Source: Deltaproteobacteria bacterium
GTDB lineage: Bacteria; Bdellovibrionota_B; Oligoflexia; Oligoflexales; Bog-1112
Assembly: GCA_003136475.1 (NCBI GenBank)
Contig: PLEQ01000232.1
Location: forward strand, 1 to 34,271
DNA length: 34,271 nt
Reading direction: 5' to 3'
Positions 25,258 to 33,613 of the stretch are shown here, piece after piece. The notes under the pieces were generated by a model. The model made no database searches. It was given only the letters and a program-made list of their open reading frames with translations, and was not told where the DNA came from. A program made the translations under genes and the position numbers. Within the stretch, counting starts at the first letter, position 1; the number at the start of each line of letters is the position of its first letter.

Positions 25258-25604
25258 TGATGACCAAACATGAAACAGATCTAGTCAGATTAGTGTATGC
25301 TCGATTCATGGAATCGGAAGATGATACTTGGGGAGACATAGACTGTAATCTGGAAATGTTTGATTGGCTCTCTGACAAAGAATTAATAGAAGAAACAAGA
25401 ATAAAAATTTTAGAGCATTCAAGGGGAACATTTAGGTGTGCGCAAAATCACGAGCAAGGCATTTGCTTTGCCCCTTTAGTATTAGAAGCCGTAATTGCCA
25501 TAAACAAGTTATATGAAGAGACCGGAAGATTACACGAAAAAAATAGATATATTTTGACCTATTATCTTTCAATGAGTGAATTACGTTTAATATACGTTTT
25601 TTAG
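25257..25604 (+). CDS. Hypothetical acidic protein, 115 aa
   Basis: TAATG coupling to the peptidase gene; no recognised motif. Confidence 0.72.
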   Translation: MMTKHETDLVRLVYARFMESEDDTWGDIDCNLEMFDWLSDKELIEETRIKILEHSRGTFRCAQNHEQGICFAPLVLEAVIAINKLYEETGRLHEKNRYILTYYLSMSELRLIYVF

Positions 25605-25864
25605 TGAAGACGCATTTGTTGAATAGACATTCCAGCAATTAAGTCTAAGGCGTATTTGCGATCCTTTTCTGTACCATCTTTTACTATTCCAGATAGGTCT
25701 TTCAAAGCATTATTGTACACCTTAATAACTTCTAGTTTAGTGAATAGAAAAAAATTGTCTTCGCACAAAAAATCTCCACCAAATTGCACGCAATAATAAT
25801 TCCTTTCCATTCTTTCTACTTCTTGTTCTGTATATCCAATATATGCTGATTTTTTTTTGCCCAT
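25601..25864 (-). CDS. Hypothetical protein, 87 aa
   Basis: TAAGGT RBS; last gene of the TMP-hub-spike operon; stop overlaps the convergent gene. Confidence 0.7.
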   Translation of the reverse strand: MGKKKSAYIGYTEQEVERMERNYYCVQFGGDFLCEDNFFLFTKLEVIKVYNNALKDLSGIVKDGTEKDRKYALDLIAGMSIQQMRLH

Positions 25865-25872
25865 ATTTTACC

Positions 25873-26580
25873 TTATGCCGCCGTTCCAGTACCGGTTCCT
25901 ACTCCTGGTAGATTGCATATCTGTGCCGGACTGGTTACACAGATACCTGTAATCGTAAGAGTTCCTGTAGAATTCTGTTCTATTAATGCAACATATGATT
26001 CAGAAATTGCTTGAGCTAATCTTGGCCAAAATTTCCCCAGAAAGTTAGGGGCACCAGACATTATCTGGGTTTGAATAGTCGGAGCTACCAATCCCGTAAA
26101 ATCGCCATTATTAATGGTTCCACTCCCCGCATAAATCAAAGGATCTACTGATGTTAAAATCCATGCCGTTGGATAATATGACAAAAAAGAATCATTAATT
26201 CCTTCGCACAACGCTTTTAAATATTCTCCAGAATTTCCTGGCTCAGGAGGATATGGATCATGTTTAGTACTACCAAAGTCGGCTATTACATAGTTTCTAG
26301 TTCTTGTGTATAGATCTTCTATAAAAAAAGTTGGATCTGTAACGATACCGACTCCTGCACCCACTCCTGGAATAGGGGGAGCTGCCGTAAAACCAACATC
26401 AGAGGATGTGAATTCTACTGTAGGTGCTCCTAAGGCAATACCTAAGCCGATTGCCTGACACATCTCAATATAAAATGCAGGATTTTCCTGAGCAAGCGGA
26501 TGTCTTCCAGCTATAGCGGCCATTCTAGAATCTACATTCGTTTGAATAAGATTTGCTAAAACAGATCCTACTACTGGCAT
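25873..26580 (-). CDS. Spike-associated virion protein (possible spike-tip or baseplate accessory)
   Basis: Coupled to the spike gene; repeated helix motif (MCQAIG, LCEGIN, LAQAIS) and terminal GTGTGT. Function inferred from position. Confidence 0.5.
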   Translation of the reverse strand: MPVVGSVLANLIQTNVDSRMAAIAGRHPLAQENPAFYIEMCQAIGLGIALGAPTVEFTSSDVGFTAAPPIPGVGAGVGIVTDPTFFIEDLYTRTRNYVIADFGSTKHDPYPPEPGNSGEYLKALCEGINDSFLSYYPTAWILTSVDPLIYAGSGTINNGDFTGLVAPTIQTQIMSGAPNFLGKFWPRLAQAISESYVALIEQNSTGTLTITGICVTSPAQICNLPGVGTGTGTAA

Positions 26581-26581
26581 G

Positions 26582-27496
26582 TTATTGCCCAGCCATTACT
26601 GTAGGAACACCTATGGTAGGAACGCCTGTTATTAAATCTACAACTGGATCGGTCATATTTGTTAAGACCATTCCGGCTTGTCCATTTAGTTGAATAGTTG
26701 ATCCAGTAACAACGGCATTACCAGTGGCAGTAATATCACAATTACCTCCAGCATTTATTACGGTATCATTGCTAGAAGTTATATTTACAGCACCCGAAGC
26801 GTTAATGTTACAATCAGTTTTTGTGGTAATAGTTAGTGCTCCACTCTTATCTGCCAAAATATCAATAGTAGAGTGGTTAAACTCAAACGATCCATCAGTC
26901 TTGATTTGAAATGTGGTAGTTCCTTGTGAAGAATCGGTTGGTTCTCCTTCACTATCTGTAGCTCCATTGAATGTTAGCGCAGTGCTTCCATCTGTATTGA
27001 CCTTTATATTTACTCCATTATATTCTCCTTCTAAAAAAGGATCTGTGCTAACTAAGTTAGTTTGTCTGTCTGGATGAGTAACAGAACCAATAATTATTGC
27101 TTTCTCGCTCAGGGCATCTAAGCATAGAAGCAAAACTATGGCCCCATTTTGTCCTTTAAAATTCATTAAGCTTTCATTGACATTTAATTTAGTCCTAATT
27201 CTTAAAGCTTTTTCAAAATAATCAGCGATAGATCCCATACCTTCAGAAGCTAAACAATTTTTATAAGTATTTGACGCAACTCCCTTATTTTCGTCTTGTT
27301 GGATAGCGACAACATCGTATTCTGTAGTTAGTTTTGAAATATTGTTTGGATCGTTTACGTCATAGGCGTTAACGACCATACCCACGCGCAAAGGTGTGTT
27401 TTTATACGTCCTATTAAATCCTCTAGAAAAGTCTTCTACATTAGATCCCAAAAGACCATGGGGAAGAACGGTTCCATTCCTTAAAAAGTTGGTCAT
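26582..27496 (-). CDS. Baseplate central spike (gpV / gp5-like)
   Basis: N-terminal OB-fold-like region (RVGMVV..Y...EYDV...GAIVLLLCLD.....IIIG...HP), then beta-helix repeats (CNINASGAVNITSS.DTVINAGGNCDITATG) and IQLNG; follows the hub gene. Confidence 0.8.
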   Translation of the reverse strand: MTNFLRNGTVLPHGLLGSNVEDFSRGFNRTYKNTPLRVGMVVNAYDVNDPNNISKLTTEYDVVAIQQDENKGVASNTYKNCLASEGMGSIADYFEKALRIRTKLNVNESLMNFKGQNGAIVLLLCLDALSEKAIIIGSVTHPDRQTNLVSTDPFLEGEYNGVNIKVNTDGSTALTFNGATDSEGEPTDSSQGTTTFQIKTDGSFEFNHSTIDILADKSGALTITTKTDCNINASGAVNITSSNDTVINAGGNCDITATGNAVVTGSTIQLNGQAGMVLTNMTDPVVDLITGVPTIGVPTVMAGQ

Positions 27497-29463
27497 TATT
27501 TTTTCCTACTAGGCTTTATTGGGGGTGTTTTTGTAAGTTTTATTTGAGCTGGTTGAGGAAAAGAAGTATCGGGCTTATCTAAAGGTTTTTTCTGATCTAT
27601 TCCTGGAGAACGCTGAGGAATGTCCTGACTTTCAGAAACACCTGGCAATATTTGATTATTTCTGTAATCTATTTCTCTCTCTTTATATGCATTAGTATGG
27701 TCCATACCAGGATAGATTGTCCCACCATTTTGGTTACTATTGCTTAATATAGAAAGGCCTTGACTAACACTTATAGTAGTTCTAAAGCTTTTTCTTCCAC
27801 TTTCCGTATTTATTTCACCCCTGTGGGTTACTTGTTCTATATGGTATACGATTCCATCATATTCTAAATTGTCCCCAACAGTAATAGGATCTACAATACC
27901 AACACAGTTCAGTGTTCCATTAAACTTGAGGTGTCCACCAATCAAGGCATCTCCGACTATCTTGGCCCAAAAAGGACTATTGAATGATTCTTTTGCTGCT
28001 CCAACAGGAACTACATCAAACATTCCGCTTACTACTATAGGCCTTAATCCACTTCTCTGTATGTCATTTACATCTTGAACATAATTAATTAATTGGGTTT
28101 CTATGGCATAATCATTGCCACTGTTAGTTTGACCAGTCTTACCAAAAATTTGTACGTAATTCACCCTAGCAGCTTCATCTCTGCCCAAATCTTGAGCTAT
28201 AACTATGGAAGGATCTATTTTCCATCTGGGAACCGTTAAAAATCCTGTAGTATTGGGGGCTCCACTCGCTGATTGATTGGCTACTACAAAATCTGGGGTA
28301 GTAAATGGTATTTGTCTGAAAACAACAGTGGGAACAACTCTATCTGCATTAGGTGCTATCCTAAAACAAGAATAAAATTCATTAACTGGCTTATTAACAT
28401 ATTGACTTAATATGTCCCATACTTTTACTTGATCCCAATATTCAATTTTTAGTACCGAAGTACCGGTACAATCTACAGGGGTAAACCAAAACCTAGTTGG
28501 TTTGCCTGAAATTGTATCGGCTACTTGAGATAGCCCAGAAGGATTAAATCCCTCATGAAGAGAGAGATTTGAATTCGTTCTAGTATATGATTGAAGACCA
28601 AATACGAAATTATAGATATCTGCAGCTGTTTTTACGTTAGAATTACCCAATAAATTACCGACTACCAATGGCATAAAAAGAGTTCCATTGGGAGTAGTTT
28701 GAAATAGCGGAGAGGAATTTTGATTAGTGTCTGGAGTACCTACCCCTATAAACGCTGATGCTAACTGCATTATCAATTGTCGTAAAGAAAAAGGATTTTC
28801 CGAGTTAGCCAGTGTCTCCCACCTCTGTAAAATTTGACTTGCGAATGTAAGATATCCAGGATTTTGGAGCGCCACAGCCTGATTAAAATAAATCATGTTG
28901 TTAAATTCAGTGAACGCATATCCCGTAATGCTAATAACTCTAGTGACAGCACCGGTTTGGGCATTTGTAACGGCCAATCGTTCTCTAACAGACTGTACTT
29001 TAAAAAACCCTTTAAATCCATCATCTATTTCATTAATTGGTTCCTTACCATCGTCAGCCCTGCTTGCTACGTCTTCGGCGTCACTTTCCCAATTTAACAT
29101 GTTGACAAAAACGAAGTCTCCTGGGGCTATTTCCGTCAAATAATCTACATTAGTTTGTACCAATATCGCTTCCATGCTGGGGGTATAAGAAGATTTACTG
29201 GAAGTAACAGAAATGCTAATACAATCGTTTCTAACGACCAGAGTTTCTTTTACTGATTTTAGTTGAGATAGTAAAGAAGAATTTGGGTCTCCACCATTAG
29301 TTATGGAATTGCTAATTCTTAAAGTATCTCTGTATTGCCATCTAACAAAAGTCAGCACCCAAGCTGGACTTGATTGATTAACCAAACCATCGTCTATTCC
29401 GCCATCGGATCCATAAGCCGGATCTGGACCAATATCATATGTATAGGCTCTAGAGTCAGACAT
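27496..29463 (-). CDS. Baseplate hub protein (gp27 / gpD-like)
   Basis: Lies between the TMP and spike genes; CISISVTSSK...I.PGDFVFV...F.G..KVQSV...ITG; C-terminal NGTL...G....ITVGDNL....YHIEQVTH......F.TT..V. Confidence 0.75.
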   Translation of the reverse strand: MSDSRAYTYDIGPDPAYGSDGGIDDGLVNQSSPAWVLTFVRWQYRDTLRISNSITNGGDPNSSLLSQLKSVKETLVVRNDCISISVTSSKSSYTPSMEAILVQTNVDYLTEIAPGDFVFVNMLNWESDAEDVASRADDGKEPINEIDDGFKGFFKVQSVRERLAVTNAQTGAVTRVISITGYAFTEFNNMIYFNQAVALQNPGYLTFASQILQRWETLANSENPFSLRQLIMQLASAFIGVGTPDTNQNSSPLFQTTPNGTLFMPLVVGNLLGNSNVKTAADIYNFVFGLQSYTRTNSNLSLHEGFNPSGLSQVADTISGKPTRFWFTPVDCTGTSVLKIEYWDQVKVWDILSQYVNKPVNEFYSCFRIAPNADRVVPTVVFRQIPFTTPDFVVANQSASGAPNTTGFLTVPRWKIDPSIVIAQDLGRDEAARVNYVQIFGKTGQTNSGNDYAIETQLINYVQDVNDIQRSGLRPIVVSGMFDVVPVGAAKESFNSPFWAKIVGDALIGGHLKFNGTLNCVGIVDPITVGDNLEYDGIVYHIEQVTHRGEINTESGRKSFRTTISVSQGLSILSNSNQNGGTIYPGMDHTNAYKEREIDYRNNQILPGVSESQDIPQRSPGIDQKKPLDKPDTSFPQPAQIKLTKTPPIKPSRKK

Positions 29464-29465
29464 AG

Positions 29466-31763
29466 TTATTTACCAATCGTAGCCTGTAACTGTAGATCGC
29501 CGTTATTCATAGTCATCGGTCCTGTACCCCTGTCTAATGGATATCCGGACTCAAAATTTCTTTGGGCTGGCATCACTCTTTCATTGTAATATTTTTCAGC
29601 CAATGGGTTATTTTCCGTTTTCATTTTATTGTACGTATTATAAAATTTCTGTAATTCTTCTGAATGGCCAGAGAAAGCGCCGGAAGCTTTGGCGGCATTT
29701 GTAGCTACTGTACCTAATATCTCAGATAGCGTTTTTAATGAAACTCCCGCTTCTCCTGCGGCTGCGCCGACCAACTGATCTAGGCTTCTTCCAGTTCCTT
29801 CTGCTCCAGCCCCAAGTTCTTTAGATGTCTGAGCTTCATAATCTTTTCTTAATTTGGTAGTGCCTGGCATTCCTTCCATCCCTTGTATGGCTTGCCCGAC
29901 AAGAAACTGCTGCATCTTTTGTGGACTAGCACCTTGCATTTGGGGATTAAAAGCGGATGTACTAGCGGCGAGATCTTTATATACACTCATCACTGTAGGA
30001 GAAAGAGTAGGGTTATATCCAGCAGTTGAGCCGCCGTGTTCTCCAGCGTATTTGGCAATATCTTTACCTAGAAGATCTAGTTTGCCTTGTGCCCCCGGTG
30101 CAACTAAACCAGAAGCCTGGGCTCCAGCTTTATTGATCTGACTTTGAAATTGTTCTGCTGTTAATGCGGTTTTTCTTCCTTTATTTGCGGCAAGTAATTG
30201 TGATTGAAACTCTGGACTATTAACGTCCAAATTGCCTCTGGTCTCAATCATTCTTTGAAGGACTAAGGGATTTCCTCCAGAAGCCTTCATAAGATCCGGA
30301 AAGTTTCTCATTATTACAGCCGCGTTAATTGCTCCAGTTCTGCCGGATGTTTCTGTGGTAGTACCCTTATAAGCTTCATATGCAGATCTTGCGTTTTCCA
30401 AACCCTTCATGGTATTGGCACCAGTAGCGAAATTGCCCATCTGATCTGCAATATTTGCAGCACCTGCTCTAGAAGTGACGCCAGATTGACTAACTACTTC
30501 TGCAACATTTTGTATGAATTTGCTATTTTCTGCAGCAAATTTTGATTTGTCCAATCCCATGGCTTGGGCGGTAGAAAAAATATCTATCAAGGCAGCCTTA
30601 CTAGTTTCAGCACTTCCCAAAGTACCGCTCAATGAGCCCAAAACATTTGTCGAGTTATTCAAATTCAGGCTACGCTGAGCTTGCAATGCCAGTACTGAAC
30701 CACGACCCATAGAGGTAGATCCACCGGCCCCCATAATACTGCTTGTAGCTTGCATACCTTGTTCTGGCATAAAACCAGCATTGGTGGACGACTGTAGATA
30801 TCCAAATAGGTCCTTATCATTAAGTCCCAATGTTCTTTGGGCACCTAAATATCCTGTAGCATTTCCTTGAAGTCTTTCGATAGCATCTCTCTTAAATGGA
30901 TCCTGTGCTTTTAGGCCTTCAAGAGCAGTATTTCTATTTTGGGCAAATTCTTGCCCCTGCATGGCATTATATTTTTCTGGATTAAAGGCTAGCGCTCTAC
31001 CCCTTTCGGTTAATAGGCCCACACCTAAAAAATCTTTTATGGTATCTAAGGTTTTAGTTCTATCCTGTTCTGTTTGGGCCATTTCGCCAGCCCTTTTTCT
31101 TTCTCCCCCGAATATGCTTTCGTAAACAAATTGTCCAGATTGCATTTGAGAAAGAGTTTGGCCAGTAGTCCCAGCGATTGCTGCGCCACGCATTTGGGTG
31201 GTTATTATTGGAGATCTAATCGCCTCTCCTACGACTTCCATGACCTTGTTAATCATCATGGCAGCAGAACCGCCAATAACCGCTGACATGGCGCCCTTAC
31301 TTAACATCTCTCCAAAACCACCACCGCCACCAGTTGCAGCTGGCTTAGATGGCATCACGCCTCTAGCCCTATCAAATGCTTTTTGAGACTCCTGTAATCT
31401 AGTTTGAAGAACTTGCTGGGTATTTTGTAAAGACTGGAGATCTCTCTCTGCTTTCAAACGCTTATTGGCTACTTCTAAGCCTTCTTTTTCTAACTTAGTG
31501 ATTCTTGCGATCTGAGCTTCTTTTTTTGCAAGGTCTCTGTTAATCTGTTCTAATCCAGCTTTTTCTTGTTTTATTTTTTGGTCTAAAGCCCTACTGGTCT
31601 GTGAAGCTTCTTTAATAGATTCTATGCTGGGAGCCATCTTCTGAGCAGCGGGTCCTAACTTTAGCTTTTGGGATTCCTTATCGATCTTAGATATGGCATC
31701 CTTAACCGCATTTAAGAGTTCAGTGGCATCACCTGAAATTTTGAGTTTAACGTCATTTGCCAT
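29466..31763 (-). CDS. Tape-measure-like protein, 765 aa
   Basis: MANDVKLKISGDA start, N-terminal coiled coil, then an Ala/Gly/Gln/Met-rich helical body; directly upstream of the hub gene. Confidence 0.72.
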   Translation of the reverse strand: MANDVKLKISGDATELLNAVKDAISKIDKESQKLKLGPAAQKMAPSIESIKEASQTSRALDQKIKQEKAGLEQINRDLAKKEAQIARITKLEKEGLEVANKRLKAERDLQSLQNTQQVLQTRLQESQKAFDRARGVMPSKPAATGGGGGFGEMLSKGAMSAVIGGSAAMMINKVMEVVGEAIRSPIITTQMRGAAIAGTTGQTLSQMQSGQFVYESIFGGERKRAGEMAQTEQDRTKTLDTIKDFLGVGLLTERGRALAFNPEKYNAMQGQEFAQNRNTALEGLKAQDPFKRDAIERLQGNATGYLGAQRTLGLNDKDLFGYLQSSTNAGFMPEQGMQATSSIMGAGGSTSMGRGSVLALQAQRSLNLNNSTNVLGSLSGTLGSAETSKAALIDIFSTAQAMGLDKSKFAAENSKFIQNVAEVVSQSGVTSRAGAANIADQMGNFATGANTMKGLENARSAYEAYKGTTTETSGRTGAINAAVIMRNFPDLMKASGGNPLVLQRMIETRGNLDVNSPEFQSQLLAANKGRKTALTAEQFQSQINKAGAQASGLVAPGAQGKLDLLGKDIAKYAGEHGGSTAGYNPTLSPTVMSVYKDLAASTSAFNPQMQGASPQKMQQFLVGQAIQGMEGMPGTTKLRKDYEAQTSKELGAGAEGTGRSLDQLVGAAAGEAGVSLKTLSEILGTVATNAAKASGAFSGHSEELQKFYNTYNKMKTENNPLAEKYYNERVMPAQRNFESGYPLDRGTGPMTMNNGDLQLQATIGK

Positions 31764-31799
31764 TTAAATTGCCCCAGAACCGTTATAAGATACCATAAG

Positions 31800-31808
31800 A
31801 TAAGATTG
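31800..31808 (-). promoter_or_regulatory. Putative late promoter CAATCTTAT, with two extra partial ATCTTAT copies
   Basis: Exact copy about 37 nt upstream of ATG 31763; ATAAGAT also occurs at 31785 and 31795 on +. Confidence 0.78.
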
Positions 31809-31845
31809 TCGGTATTCCATATGCCTATATCATCCAAAATAATCA

Positions 31846-31873
31846 TTGACTGAACTGAAATTTATGGTATTCT
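31846..31873 (+). promoter_or_regulatory. Sigma70-type promoter TTGACT-16-TATTCT with extended -10 TGn
   Basis: Same -35 as 11584; TGG-TATTCT; ATG 31881 follows 7 nt after the -10 with no SD. Confidence 0.65.
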
Positions 31874-31880
31874 GCTAAAT

Positions 31881-32072
31881 ATGGCAAAAAGTCTCAAAAA
31901 GAATCATAAAAATAAAACAAAATCAAAGTCTAAGGAGATCCGGTACTTAGAGAAGCTTATCAAATATAGTACGCAATGTATAGATGGTAAATCTCCAGAA
32001 TTAGATTCCCTTTTCAGACAACAAGCTTACCGTCTACAAGAAGAGATTAATAAACTGGTTAAAAATCAATGA
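31881..32072 (+). CDS. Small basic hypothetical protein, 63 aa
   Basis: Lys-rich N-terminus; first gene of the island; ATGA overlap with the next gene. Confidence 0.68.
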   Translation: MAKSLKKNHKNKTKSKSKEIRYLEKLIKYSTQCIDGKSPELDSLFRQQAYRLQEEINKLVKNQ

Positions 32073-32254
32073 GTTATATAAAAGAATATTTAGATTCATT
32101 TTTTATAATTATATCTCGTATATCAATGGTATTATTGGGAATTTCCGCCTATACAGGATCTACCTTAGCCGTATTTGCAATATACTTATCCTGTGTTTTT
32201 GCTATTGCTAGGCCCATTGCTCTTTTTATCAACAAAATGGAGAAAAAATCTTGA
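32069..32254 (+). CDS. Small membrane protein, 61 aa
   Basis: About 45 nearly continuous hydrophobic residues (probably 2 TM segments) and a basic tail; coupled to both neighbours. Confidence 0.65.
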   Translation: MSYIKEYLDSFFIIISRISMVLLGISAYTGSTLAVFAIYLSCVFAIARPIALFINKMEKKS

Positions 32255-32736
32255 AAAAACTCATAGTTCTATTTTTATTTTTATCTAGTTATGCTATCGC
32301 TGATGAAGCCTTTGTTGGTTATGGTCTTGGCATCCTAAGAGGTGCAGATACTTTCTTGGGTCAAACTAAGTATCTAGATTTAGGGTACAGAGAGTTCATG
32401 TGGGATGGTCTTTATTGGCAAACCAAACTCGGTGGCATCGGGGAAGGATCTCCAGATTCTACCAGAAGTGGCGGAGCGTTCCTTTCTACAGGGATGGGAC
32501 TAGAAGTCGATCTTCATCCAATTGAATTGCGTGGAGGAGGTGCCATAGCTGGAATTACCACTCCGGATAGTCAACTAGGTGGATATTTTCAGTTCAATGA
32601 AGATATGTCTCTAGGTCTTCGTGACAAAAAAGGAGATGGTATTGCTCTACAATACAATCATATTAGTTGTGCATCTTTCTGCAATCCCAACTTAGGTCGT
32701 GACTTCGTCATTTTGGAATTAAGCCAGAAATGGTGA
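32251..32736 (+). CDS. pagL: PagL-like lipid A 3-O-deacylase (outer-membrane beta-barrel)
   Basis: Sec signal peptide MKKLIVLFLFLSSYAIA; amphipathic strands; LGGYFQFNE; YNHISCASFCNPNLGRD aligns with the PagL motif HxSNAGxxxPNxGxE; terminal aromatic W. TTG start with GGAG RBS. Confidence 0.78.
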   Translation: MKKLIVLFLFLSSYAIADEAFVGYGLGILRGADTFLGQTKYLDLGYREFMWDGLYWQTKLGGIGEGSPDSTRSGGAFLSTGMGLEVDLHPIELRGGGAIAGITTPDSQLGGYFQFNEDMSLGLRDKKGDGIALQYNHISCASFCNPNLGRDFVILELSQKW

Positions 32737-32739
32737 TAT

Positions 32740-33000
32740 ATGAAAGAAAATAAGACTACGGTGGACGAAGAGCGTAAGAAAATTAGAAAAATACTAAAAA
32801 ACACATATCCTGGATGTAAAACCTACATCCGGGCCCAAGACGACAGTATTTGGACTGTCCGTGTTATTCATGAAAAGTTCGCGAACCAGGGTGTACATAC
32901 GAGTATCACCGAATTAGTAGATTTACTTACGCCACATGTAGAAAGTTGTATGGTGGTGGAGCCCATCTGCCAAGCAACTTGGGATAGTAGGAGATGGTAA
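32740..33000 (+). CDS. Hypothetical protein, 86 aa
   Basis: Tightly packed in the operon; no recognised motif. Confidence 0.68.
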   Translation: MKENKTTVDEERKKIRKILKNTYPGCKTYIRAQDDSIWTVRVIHEKFANQGVHTSITELVDLLTPHVESCMVVEPICQATWDSRRW

Positions 33001-33351
33001 ATGTTCATGCCTAATCAACCTCAAGTCAATAAATATTATTATCCGGATGGAACTATATCCCTAAGTGAGCCGTCAGACGGCCAAGTGTTTTTTGTTTGGG
33101 ATATGAATGCAACTCATCCCAAAGAGGTATGGCAATGGGATACCAAAAGTATGCAATGGCTAAATGTCACGGCCTCCAATGGTCCCCCTGCCCCAACTGT
33201 TATTGAACTAGACGATACCTTCAACCTTGCCGAGGAGTTTGAGCGCATGGTTAGAGAAGGTGCTAAGCAAAAGAAATGCGAATGCGGATCAGAATCTGTT
33301 GGATCTAACGTTCATAGTTCATGGTGTCAGAAGTGGAGTTCAGATTCTTAA
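33001..33351 (+). CDS. Hypothetical protein with a C-terminal CxC...HxxWC metal-binding motif
   Basis: AGGAG RBS; KCECGSESVGSNVHSSWCQKW. Confidence 0.75.
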   Translation: MFMPNQPQVNKYYYPDGTISLSEPSDGQVFFVWDMNATHPKEVWQWDTKSMQWLNVTASNGPPAPTVIELDDTFNLAEEFERMVREGAKQKKCECGSESVGSNVHSSWCQKWSSDS

Positions 33352-33358
33352 GCATTTA

Positions 33359-33604
33359 TTGGGTGCAGTATTAGTAGGTGGAATTGTCTTTGGGCTTATA
33401 CTTATAGCTTACGAAGATGGTCTTCCAGTACTTTTCTTTAAAAGATTGAAGTGTCGTTTCGGATACCATAGCGTTTATGTTCGATTTGGAAAGACTAAAA
33501 TTAATAAATACTACTGTATAGTATGCAAAAAACCAAGAACGCATCCTGGATTGAAAATCGTTGACGGCGGCAATAAAATGGGCAATAATAGGTTTGAGTT
33601 TTAA
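33359..33604 (+). CDS. Small membrane-anchored protein with a DUF1660-like C..GxH...CxxC motif
   Basis: TM segment LGAVLVGGIVFGLILIAY, then RLKCRFGYH...YYCIVCKK. Start uncertain: the track's 33227 overlaps the previous gene by 125 nt, so TTG 33359 is used. Confidence 0.55.
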   Translation: MGAVLVGGIVFGLILIAYEDGLPVLFFKRLKCRFGYHSVYVRFGKTKINKYYCIVCKKPRTHPGLKIVDGGNKMGNNRFEF

Positions 33605-33613
33605 GGAGATAAA

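Noticed and set aside
26546-26554. ATAAGATTT, a near-match to the late box
   Set aside because: It has one mismatch, lies inside the 235-aa gene and is not upstream of any start; compatible with chance.
2391-31386. Many plus-strand ORFs of 60-150 aa inside the long minus-strand structural genes (e.g. 4769..5212, 5837..6139, 9006..9293, 22043..22306, 29854..30141)
   Set aside because: They are antisense shadows of T/S/G/A-rich genes with Val/Pro/Ala-biased translations and no recognisable motifs, and they overlap well-supported genes entirely or almost entirely.
13188-31763. Bacterial eCIS / tailocin / T6SS locus instead of a phage
   Set aside because: Homing endonucleases, phage-type MazG, many tiny hypothetical genes, a private promoter motif and the absence of housekeeping genes fit a phage better. 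Capsid genes are not in the window, so this is not formally excluded.
33227-33358. N-terminal extension of the 125-aa ORF given in the track
   Set aside because: It overlaps the well-supported 33001..33351 gene by 125 nt; only the downstream TM plus Cys-motif part looks coding.
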